Shown here piece after piece: positions 1 through 10,385 of a stretch of 64,000 nucleotides of DNA. Source of the DNA: Hydrolagus colliei (taxonomy: Eukaryota); NCBI GenBank assembly GCA_035084275.1, contig CM068757.1, forward strand, positions 6,324,001-6,388,000. The letters are read 5' to 3'. The notes under the pieces were generated by a model that had not been told where the DNA came from, ran no database searches, and saw only the letters and a list, made by a program, of their open reading frames with translations. Numbering within the stretch: position 1 is the stretch's first letter; each line of letters starts with the position of its first letter. The position numbers and the translations under genes were made by a program.

Positions 1-284
1 TTGAAAGCAGGCATGCTGCAAAACGTTAGTGAATTAGACCAGACGTTTTATGCTGGAATTCTACCTTGTCTCACGCAACTTAAAACATTTTTCACCGTTT
101 TTTTTTGTTCCAAATACAATTTTTGCCAATTGTTTCCTCCCTGTTTTTAAACTGTCCTCTCCTCTTTGATTTGTTGCTTAAGTAGGTGTGGGTTAACAGG
201 ATGCTTTTGATAATCTCATTCCATCATGTGAGGCAGCTCATTGTCTATGGGGAGCCTAATCCTGTTCATGTAAATGTCTGACAA

Positions 285-470
285 TCTTGGCTGGATAGTG
301 ATGGGAGCAGAAGCCCTTGGCTATTTTCCTTTCCCAAAACCAGTGACGCGGAGGCAAATTACAGCTCACCAGTGCGGCTCAGTTGACTCCAACAAACTCA
401 ACACAATCCAGAGAATTTCATGGTCTGTGGCTCAGCTGTTCACTAGTTTAACTCACTGAGCAATGGACCT
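285..470 (-). mobile_element. Old tRNA-derived SINE of a different family
   Basis: Minus strand starts TTGCTCAGTGAGTTAAA...CTGAGCCACAGACC and ends GGGCTTCTGCTCCCATCACTATCCAG, resembling a shark SINE I recall. Confidence 0.4.
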
Positions 471-1790
471 CAAGTTTATTTCACTGTTCAAAAGTCTTCA
501 AAAGACTTTCTCTTCGATCCTTTTTGACTCCCAAATCCTCACACTCACTGCAAGGCCCTCCCCAACCTTTCCAACCTCTGGGTGGTAGTCCTCAAACCAT
601 TAACCGGAGCCTCCGCTCGAAAGGTAAGGGCTGCTGCGCGGCCCTCACACCCTCCGCCCCACCATTGGAGTTCGCACTTTTGCCCCCAAACTCGATAACA
701 CTCTCCCTTAATCTTTCCGCCTTGCCCCCTATCTCTCCTTTTTCAAGTCCCACCTGGTATTCAAGTAGTACAGAGTTCAAAGATTGCATAGTATTGTTTT
801 CAGGTTTTATTTTAAAAAAGTGGTGAAACCTGCTTAATTCTGCTAAATCAACAGCTATTGTCCATAGATTGAAATCCACTAACTAATAAGAACATAAGGT
901 TTAAGAGTTGAGTGAACAAAAATTAAATTGCTCTCTGTCAAGCAACACGATTGTGAGTTTAAGAAGGGGCAACTTTTGAATTAAACTTTTCCTTTCTCTT
1001 GCCCTTTTACCTCAAACCTCTTTCAACGAAGTAGACCTATTGTCTATGGTTATAAGTCCCTTTGTATACATTATACCCTTTGTACTGTTGCATACGTTTT
1101 ATTAGATTTGCTGTAAAGGGGTAGAATTTGGATGAATACATTTGAAGAGACTGCATCACATTTAGTCTACTTAATCAACACATCTGGTTTAAGGCTGGAG
1201 ATGAGACAAGAATATCCATTCTTCTTGCCATTGCATATCAATTCTGTGGTAACCAAATTATTTTGGGACTTTATGGGGGTCATGGGCGATTTAGATAAAG
1301 GCCTTGAGTGGTTTGAGTCGTATAGAATATGCTGGATTAAAAGGCACATGCGAAGCAACTAACCCAAGAAATCCAATGATGCGGTTGCATTGGGAATTAA
1401 CATCAAGTCTAGAATATAAATATTTTCATGTACAGTGAAGAACACACTTTAGGATTGAAGGGGTAGGGAGGGTTATTCAGCTGTCTAGTTTTGTAATCAG
1501 TGCCTTTACTAGTCCTATTTTGATAGTGGAAATTTATCTGCTATGGCATGGCACTCAAAGGGAAAATCTATTCCACTTTAGTTTTCTAAATGCTGTAACA
1601 AGATCTTTTTATACACTCTTATGTATCGCGCACCCTTGTGCCTGAGTAAGACTGACGTATTACTATGGTCTTGAGTTGGGTTTGTTAGATACAAAAATTA
1701 GATACATTTAACTTTGTCAGGTCACACTATACAAGATAAACACCGAACCTTTCTAAACCTTACAGAAATGTACTGAGCATTTAGTTTATA

Positions 1791-1990
1791 CAGTAGAACC
1801 TCAGTTGACGACCACCTCAGTGGCGCGACCATCCCCTCTAGGCAACCAGTCAGAGTTGGTCCCGAATATTTCCTAACTCATTTCCAATTAAATAAACCTC
1901 ACTGACGTGACCACCCCGGTTCCTGGACTGCGGCCACTGATTTGGCGGGTCCCAAACAACATTTTCATGGTCCTAACGCGACCACTCTGG
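1791..1990 (+). mobile_element. One arm of a Tc1/mariner (Tigger/pogo-like) DNA transposon
   Basis: TA at 1789-1790 then CAGTAGAACCTCAGTTGACGACCACCTC; recurring GACCAC-type subterminal motifs; I found no partner TIR. Confidence 0.6.
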
Positions 1991-2131
1991 CCAATCAGGG
2001 AACAAAAGCACGTGGGGGGTGGCCAGGCAGGCTGCGGCGTGACATCACTGAGACAAGATGGCGGCGCGGATTTGAAGAGGTCATGTGAACGGCCACGTTC
2101 TCAGTAAAAAAAAAAGAAGCTGCAGGTAACG
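1991..2131 (+). promoter_or_regulatory. CpG-rich promoter-like cassette
   Basis: CCAATCA 1991, CACGTG 2009-2014, TGACATCA 2040-2047, YY1-type CAAGATGGCGGC 2054-2065, donor-like CAG|GTAACG after 2125. Confidence 0.5.
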
Positions 2132-2139
2132 GAGCGTCC

Positions 2140-2370
2140 GGCCCCCTCCCCCCCGAGACACCTCCTCCGAGGATCCCCCTCCTCCCCGGCCTCGAATATC
2201 CCCACTCCCCGGCCCTGAGACACCTCGTCCGAGTATCCTCCTTCCCCCTGGCCTCGAGTATCCGCACTCCCTGGTCTCAAGTATCCTCCCTCCCTCACCG
2301 GCCTCATGTATTTCCCCCTCCCCTGCCTCCCCGGCCTCGAGTACCCCCTCTCCCCGGCCTCCCCGACTCT
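2140..2370. repeat. C-rich degenerate minisatellite (about 22-26 nt unit, core CCCCGGCCTCGAGTATCC)
   Basis: Several imperfect copies visible; G-runs on the minus strand. Confidence 0.8.
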
Positions 2371-2462
2371 GCATGGACGGTAGCCAATAGTTTAATCTTC
2401 CATCCAGCAGAATCTTTAAAGAAACTTTAAATCTGAATTTATTATTAGAATCTGTTGATCAA

Positions 2463-2640
2463 AATAATGTAATAATCCTTGCATTTGATATAGAGCCTCA
2501 TCACTTCATTGAGACATCTCAAAGTTTTTCACAGAATATATTGCAAAGTGGAGTGACTGTGTATTCTGTGGGTGAAGAGCAGCAGCCACTTGTACTCACC
2601 AGTGTCCCACAAACAAACAGCCGTGGATTGAATGACCACA
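2463..2640 (-). mobile_element. 5'-truncated copy of the main SINE
   Basis: AATAATCCTTGCATTTGATATAG...GTGTCCCACAAAC. A second tail-only piece lies at about 2955-3030. Confidence 0.85.
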
Positions 2641-3819
2641 TTTTTTTGTGGGGCCGGGAAAACTGTTATTAAATCACTTGACTTATGAAACAAATTGATT
2701 TATTTTTAGTTCAGAACTACCTGATGAATGTTCACCTGAATTTGTGAGTCTAGGAAATGAGTAGGTTAATACAAACTGTACATTCAAGGTGGGCAACAAC
2801 TCGTTACTCTTCCATAGGAAATGAAAGAAGTACAGTACTTTAAAAAAAAACATAAACCAAATCACACTCCTTAGTGACAATGATCCCAAATATCTGTCAT
2901 GTTAGGAGATCTTGGAAACAGAAAATGCCCAATGAAGTCCCTCTCAGCATATATAATATGATAATAATAATCATGCATTTGATATAGTGCCTTATCATGT
3001 AATTGAGACATCTCAGCAATGCTTCACAACAATGGTGAAGTCCCACTGACTCCATGAGCACTCTTTATTCTACAGGCTTCCCAAACTGTGCAACCTTTGG
3101 CTATGTCTACTGTGGCCATCAGTAAAATGGAACAGGCGATGGATGCTGTTTGTGTCCGTGCAGCAACTTAGAAATTCAGTATATGTGGAACATTCTCATC
3201 TTTTGATGCAGGTGTTGCTTCAGTTTGACAGTGAATCGGGCGCTTGTTAACTGGCAGGGGAATTTCTGCTGAAAATAGGGCAGATTGATTTCTGACTCCG
3301 TTGAATGTTTTCATTGATTGACAGCTCTGGTGCTTCATGCTGGGCACACCTTTAATTTTAAATTGCCCTTCAAATCCCAAACCTAGAGGGCTGTTTACTA
3401 ACCACAACATTGCCTTTATTATTGTGTTTCATTATTACTCCCATGCACATTGCTTTTGACCACCGTAAGATGCTGAAAGCTGCCAGCTCAGGTGTGTCTT
3501 CGTAAACAGATTAATTCTTGTTTCAACCTGTCTGGTGGTTTTGGCAGGCACGTAATGGATCATGTTTTGGACAATAGTCATTTGCACTCCCATGTTCCTG
3601 ACTGGAAATCGTGTTACTCAGTCCAATCATAAGATGGTGGGATTTCCTCAAAGAATCTTGCAGTAAACAAACACAATGCATTGAGTCACGTGGGTTACTG
3701 AGAGATATGCATTGAGGTCCAAATATGGAGTCTGTTCAAAGGATTTTCCAATTGGATTGTTGTGTATGACTTTGTTTTTAACAACAACTATTTTCATGAA
3801 ATAGGATTCATTTATCACT

Positions 3820-4680
3820 TTGATATCATCGTTGGTTAATACATTTGTCCCATCAATGAAATCCTAATTAAATTTTGGGCTAGTATTAAAAGCTCTTCAA
3901 TCACTAACTCGCAATGAAATAGAATGATCCAAAGCAATGGAAGCCAAGTACTGTATTCCACAAATTCAGCTCAAACTGTACAGAGACCTGTGGAAGGTTT
4001 GGAGTGAGCTAAGCGGGCACTGGTCTGTACTAACAAGTATTATTAGGTGGACTTGTTAATGCAATGGAGTAAACTGCTTCTTGCCTTTTCGACTAATTTC
4101 TGTATATAAGGTCATCAATTGTTGATGTTGATAACTGTTAATAATATTATTATTATTATTAATATATTGCTTCTTTGCCTATTGGATAAGATCAACTGTA
4201 GTCTCTGTAGTTATAATTACTTCTAGAGCTTGTATTGCTGGGAAAGCTCATCTCCGGTTGAGATTTCCGAACCAAATCCTCACCCATAACTGCCGCATTA
4301 TGCAAAAAATTGATCTCACTGCTGCCGTTATTCGTTCAGTCCTATGTTGGTTGGGATCGGTATTGCTGTACCTCTGGATTTGCTCTCACGAAGAGGAAGA
4401 ATACTTGAACTCGTTGCTACACTAAGCACTTAGTCATAAGACTCAGGTCAGGCTGACCCTGTCGGAGAGGTCATCTGGGCACTTGACTTGCTCGGGTGGT
4501 CATGAAATCATGGTTCAGGTCCATATTGTCCTTTGACAATTTGGAGCCTGGAAGGGTTTGAGGGGATTAGGGTTTATCTATGGGGACACAACCCTTGTTC
4601 CCAAGGTGGAACATTTCAGTCTAACTCAGCTTAATGGGGGGTGAGCAGGTCTAACCGCGCTCACCAATTTAAAAAATATA
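3820..4680 (+). mobile_element. Degenerate 3' end of an L1/Tx1-type LINE
   Basis: Broken frames NEILIKFWASIKSSSIT and MEAKYCIPQIQLKLYRDLWKVW resemble fish L1 ORF2 C-termini; followed by a putative 3' UTR ending in a GGTGAGC...GCTCACC stem and an A-run. Confidence 0.45.
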
Positions 4681-5100
4681 TATATTTGTAACAAATTGTT
4701 AAAATGGCTTATCTAGTTAGACTGGGTTTCATGGTGTGAAGCTTGTTCAATGTAAATATACGATGCAAAACATACTTATTTGGGGTTCCAAATGCAAAGA
4801 GATTTAAATATTACGCAGCCGAAATAATATCTTGCTTTGCAAAAACGCTTGCTGATTGTGCTATATTGATTTGAAGTCATTTCTTTATTATAATTTGGTA
4901 TGATGACGCACTGATAACGCATAAGGTATACGCCAATTACAAGTAAACTGTTGCAGTGATAGATTATGGACTAACCTAATGCAAATCGATATCAGGGATA
5001 CATACAGACATTGTCACAGTGCAGAAGAGTTGAGTAGAAATTTGAATATGATTTGACATCCCAACAAGGGTGGAAAAAAAGATGCATCAGAGTATACACC

Positions 5101-5421
5101 AGTTTCCACTGGCACGCAAATTTGTGACTCGTGGTCACAGATTTAAAATAGTTTCAAAACGAAGCAGAGGGGAGCTGAGGAGAAATGTTTTCACTCAGCG
5201 GTTTATTCGAATCCAGAATGCATTGCCTGAAAAGGTGGTGGAGGCCGGCCGATTTGATAACAAAATTTTAAAAGAGAATTAGATCTTTATTTAGGGAGAA
5301 CAGGTCTGTTAGGTTATGGGGAGAGACCTGGGCAGTGGGATTGAGTTGCTCTTTTCAAAGAGCCGCTACAGACTAGATGGGCCGAATGGCCTCCTTTTGT
5401 GCCGTAAAATTCTATGATTCT
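5101..5421 (+). mobile_element. CR1 LINE 3' fragment
   Basis: FPLARKFVTRGHRFKIV...RRNVFTQRFIRIQNALPEKVVEA (CR1 ORF2 end), GGGCCGAATGGCCTCCT and ATTCTATGATTCT tail. Confidence 0.9.
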
Positions 5422-6299
5422 TTGTGGAGTCATGTCCTAGAAATGGCAGCATTGGAGGAACTGAGATGTTAGCGTTCCCAGCTCAGGTCCAAACACCCCT
5501 GACTGTCCAGCGTTCTGGGATGTCTTTCCGATGTGAAGGGCGCTATACATCACATGTCATTTGTTGTTCTTCCTCTAATCTTCGTACTCGTTTTATATTA
5601 TTCCTCTTCTTTCAAATGTCTAATTGACTCAATCTCAGTATAACTGAGTGAGTTGAAGGTGTGACTGAAATGATTAACATCTCTAAACCTCTAGCGCTAT
5701 AGAGACCTCTCACAGGAAACCTTACAGTGGTTTACAGGTGTCAGCCATGTCTGATAAGAAGTAAATCCACTTCTTATTTATTTACAGGGGTGGAAGAGAA
5801 GAAAAACACTATGAGATAAAATCGGTCAATAATTTCTACCTGTGTGGAACAGAAGCATTGTCATAGAATTACCAAAAGTTCCCTTTTATTGCGAACAGCT
5901 ATTGGGAGAGTAGAACTCTTTACTGTCTGGCCAAGATGCAGTCTAACTGTGGCTGACCTCAGTAGACTGCGATTGGGCTCAGCAGACTGATTGGATATGT
6001 GGGCTTACCTAGCGTCTGATCCCATTACCAGACATGCGTGTTGCTGATGGATGTGATGAATACTCGTGTTTCAGTCACACCTATTGACCTGATAGTGGGC
6101 AAGTGGGAGCAGCCAGACTGGGATTCATTTTCTAAACTGATACCCTACTTTGGGAGACAAGAAAGTAGCGTTACGATGCACAAAAACATTCGATCTATTT
6201 ATTTTCCTGTTCCGAATGTAAAGAGAGGTGATATGACGTTCTTGCGATGAGTGCCTCTGATAATTGTTGTTACTCTGCAGTGTGAACTTTGCATTCCAC

Positions 6300-6482
6300 A
6301 CACATATAATAATCCCTCGAACAAAATTGGTCATTTCATTCCACGACTGTTTGTGGGACGCTGCTGTGCGCAATTGATTGAATTATACAGTTGATTCACT
6401 TTACAGTATATTCCATGAAGTGCTTTGAGATGTCTAGAAGACGTGAAAAGCATTATATCAATTGCAAGGAATATTATTATTG
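6300..6482 (+). mobile_element. 5'-truncated copy of the main SINE
   Basis: CCACGACTGTTTGTGGGACGCTGCTGTGCGCAATTG...TGCAAGGAATATTATTAT. Confidence 0.85.
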
Positions 6483-7606
6483 CTACATGCACTAACAAAG
6501 TGGTAATTGTGTTGCTGCCCTCTATCAGTTGAACCAGAGTTTAATTTGATTAGCTTTTGAAGTCATTGTGTTTCCTGCTATACGGATAGGGAAGTAAACA
6601 CATCACTAGCTGTCTGGCACTGTCTGTTAATTAGACTATTTGTATAGTACTGTAACTAGATCTACGAGAGCAAGTTTGTGTCTAGCTCGTCTCTTCCCCT
6701 TGTACCACTTGTTAGAGTAGAACTGGGTGGAGCAGTAGTCATCTGTCAGAGACTGGATACTTAATTCCACATTAAATTCTGTGCAAGCTATTAAAATATA
6801 AGAAATTTGAGGTGAAAGGGTTTATTTAAGTGGAGCTCTGTGCAGGCAGTGCTTGAGGTTGTACATGTGATTCTGCATATGATCTACCCAGTCTCTCGTT
6901 GGAGTGCTGCTTAAATGTTTTGAAAGTTGCACGGTTGTGGGTTTATAATAACTATATGATGTGCTCCATTCTAAAGTTAGCAATGTTTTTCCTGATTTGT
7001 TTTCGAGAGGCAACAGAATACCATGCTGTGATGGGATTTGTGGGAGTTGGGGAGTTGGATGCATCAGGGAGGAGAGGTGCTGAGTTACAGGCCAGTAACC
7101 TCTCACACAGGCCGAGCTGGAGGGTCACATAGAGCACACTGCCCACGGAGCTTGGATTGATATTAATCGGTCCCGGAGAGAGGAAAAACTGATGGTGAAG
7201 GGAGGAAAAAGAGGCAGACTTTCTTTGCAGTTACTTAATTTAATGTTTGAGTGAGTGTATAATAAAATAAGATGGTTTATTAAAAAGCTGAAGTTCAACC
7301 TTCACCCAGAAATACTGATATAAGCTTGAGAAGCATCCTTGTACCTTTCTGCAGTGGAGCCTGTTTTCTATCGTCCCTGCAAGGGCTTTTTTTCCCTTCT
7401 CCAGACGCTCCCTGATTTATGACCCTGACTGTTGATGAAATCAGTGGGTTGCTTGTCCTTTCATGCCAAATCCAGTCACCCTGTGCTTGATTGGTTGGAG
7501 GCGAAGGTTGTTTGAAGCTCAGTGCTGTTAGGGTTGTGCATGTGGTTTGACTAGTTTGAGAGCTGGGAAACAAAGGGAGTTCTGGTTGCTGTGAAAACTG
7601 CTCGCC

Positions 7607-7713
7607 ATGGTGGGAGATCATCTAAACCATGCTGGAGACAGGCCACTGCTCACACAGCCAAAAACGGGATTGAGTTGCAAGATGGTTCTGCAGGCTGTGG
7701 GAAGAGTCTTGAG
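7607..7713 (+). CDS. MOB2: MOB kinase activator 2, first coding exon (long N-terminal isoform)
   Basis: Kozak GCCATGG at 7607; translates MVGDHLNHAGDRPLLTQPKTGLSCKMVLQAVGRVL(R), resembling the recalled human long isoform MLGDH...GLCCKMVLQAVSKVLR; AG|GTAGAG donor in phase 2 fits the next exon. Not shown in this frame in the ORF track. Confidence 0.88.
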
Positions 7714-10164
7714 GTAGAGACATACTTTTCTTTTTCCTTTGCTGGACATTACTCGCGAGGAGGAAGGACACAGTTAAGATTGTCAGAATATTTGAGTTTT
7801 TAGAATATTTTAATAAACTGCTGTTTAGCGTCATTTCAGTTGCTGTATGTACACTTGAAGAGACGTAATGCTAGCCATAAACTGACTGAAAGAAGCACAG
7901 TTGCCTCACATGAAATACTGAACAGTAACAGCGTGAAGCATGGCGCCGCTGGTCTTGAATGTTGAGCTGAGATCTGGAACTGCATTTTCTGTTTCATTTA
8001 CTGTAATTGACACAATATGAACAGCTGCATGTAAACGGGGTTTGCTTCTAGTCAGTCTCAATTTATCTGTTTGAATGTGTCATGGATCAGGATCTTTAGA
8101 TTCCCCTCTCCTTTCTTCTCTGTTCCGGACATCCCCCACACTGAGTTTGTGAAAGCATTTTGAGGTGTTTGCCCTGTGTGAAAGGTACTAATCTGAGTTC
8201 TAGAAGTGCAAGTTGTTTGCTTTTGAACTTATTACGAAGGCAAACTGTTGTAATGTAGCAACATATAAAAGCAACAGTCAGTAAGCATAGCGGACTTTAA
8301 CTCCTTACAAGATTTGCATTGGTTTGTTGACGTCGTAATAGCAAAGCTGGAGTGTTTTATTGTTGTTTGAACAGTCACATTTCCGTGCTGAAAGTTTAAT
8401 GTTTAATGACTTTCTCTGCAATTACTTGATTTAATGTTTGATCAGACTGTTAACAACACAGGAGGTGCCTACACACTCCACTTGCTAGTGTTTGGTTATT
8501 GATACGCTGGGGAGCAACAGCAAGAGTGAAGTTCACCTTCCCTCTCTTGCATGTGGTCTGAGTGCTAAACAGAAGTCAGTGCAAATGAAATATCTCAGCC
8601 TTCTGCTTTTCTCTTTCTCTGTACAGTGGTTGAAGCAGAAGCAACAGATTGAATAAACAGTTGAGAGTGTGGATGTTTACTGTGCTGTTCCTTTGTAAAC
8701 TCTTTAAATTAACATCTCCGCACCTCAAGTAATCGAACCTCAAGTAAACTCCACTTGGTTAGATGGAATCACTTCAACGCTGTTTACACTATTTCCTTTT
8801 GCACCACTATTGCAACCACAAACAGCAATTATTTAAGCTGCTCTCAAATATTCTCAAGTCTGTAAAGGTGGCAGTCAATGTGGGAGACTAGCACTGTTTT
8901 AGTAATTGCAATTTGCCAAACTTTGCAAACTTGTCAAACTACCAAAGCATTGACTCTATTGTATGTTTTAAAGTTGCCATCATTTCTTACGAGATATCAG
9001 CCTCGCATTCATTATTTTTTTCTCTCCTTTCACTTCTCTCCCCATCCCTCCCACCCATTATTAATTAAATTCCACAAATTAGGAAGATATAAATCACACA
9101 TGTCCCGTGATTCTCCTTTGAGTCAGCACAAACACATGATAATCCTTGTATTCGTATAACCTTTCTTGGTGAGTCTGGGCTTTACCTTTGGGAAGCAATC
9201 TTGCAAGTTCCAGATTTGCTACAGAAACTTTCATGGTCCATTGGTCTTGCAGAAGCACAGCAATTGTAACCTTTATTTTGAAAGCCAACTCTCCCATCAG
9301 ACAGAGAAGTTAATACACTGCGTTCATTTGGCAATGGGCCAACCATATTTTATTAGCTTGTAATGGTGGGGATTCAGTGGAGGAAGCAAATGGAAGCAAC
9401 ATAGTTACTTTGTTTATTCTAGTTTGGGAAAATATTAACAATAATAAGACATTAGTCTTTCACGAATGAAAGAACAACTCCCATCCTACAGCCTGTAACA
9501 GATGGTGAAGTTCAGGCATATGACATTTCCATTGTATTCTGAATGGTTAAATATTTAGTTGTTTTTGTCTGGAGAGTGTTCGTATTACACAGAGAGATGG
9601 GAGCAACTCATTGTTAATTACATGTGATGTCTAAATGTTCTTGGACCCTCGCTGCCTGCTTTCAGATAAACTACCACCATTGATTGCCCTAAGGTGTTCA
9701 GACCAGCAGATTTGAGGACATGCCTGAATTAAAAGTAACTTTATTCCTGCTTAAGGATATGAGTTACATATTGTTGATCTCTAAGTAATGTACTCTTCAG
9801 TACTGAGATAAGCTGCCTGATTTAGGTATTCCCACCACAATGAAGGCAGTAGTTTATATCTGGGACAGTGGCTACTGGCAAACATTACCTAGTGTATGAA
9901 TACATAATCTTCAATTTCACACCTCAAAGTGGTGGAATTGATGTTTGATAGCTAGAAATCTGCCCTTTAGTATGTAAGGTGATGGCAATGCACTCGCTCA
10001 CTCGCTAATCAGGAGCATTTTTTGTATTGTTTACCCATCTAATGGGAACTCTGAATTGGTGAGAACTCTCCTCTGGAGGAGGGTTGAAAGGTCTCTGAAT
10101 CCAAAGGCAAGGTATAGCAGATAGGAATTGGCAAACAGGGCATTGCAATGCCCTTCAAAGAATC

Positions 10165-10385
10165 ATGAAATGAATGACCAATTTTATTTGTGGGCAAGGA
10201 AACTATCTTCTCTTTTTGAACAGTGCCACGGGATCTTTAACATCCACCTGAACGGACAGACAGGACCTCGGTTTAATGTAATTTACCTTTGACAATTGGA
10301 GTGTGAGCCAAGACTATGAGCTCATATTTTGGAGCTTGAGCCCACGACCTTATGACTTTGAATGCGAGAATGGAACTGAGCCTGA
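10165..10385 (-). mobile_element. Ancient DeuSINE (SacSINE1/AmnSINE1-like) fragment
   Basis: GTGCCACGGGATCTTTAACATCCACCTGAACGGACAGACAGGACCTCGGTTTAA matches the recalled Deu core in reverse. Confidence 0.7.

Noticed and set aside
2140-2370. CRISPR-like array
   Set aside because: Degenerate tandem units with no unique spacers, no cas genes, vertebrate context.
1995-2374. Gly/Glu/Arg-rich minus-strand ORFs
   Set aside because: Translations of the C-rich minisatellite.
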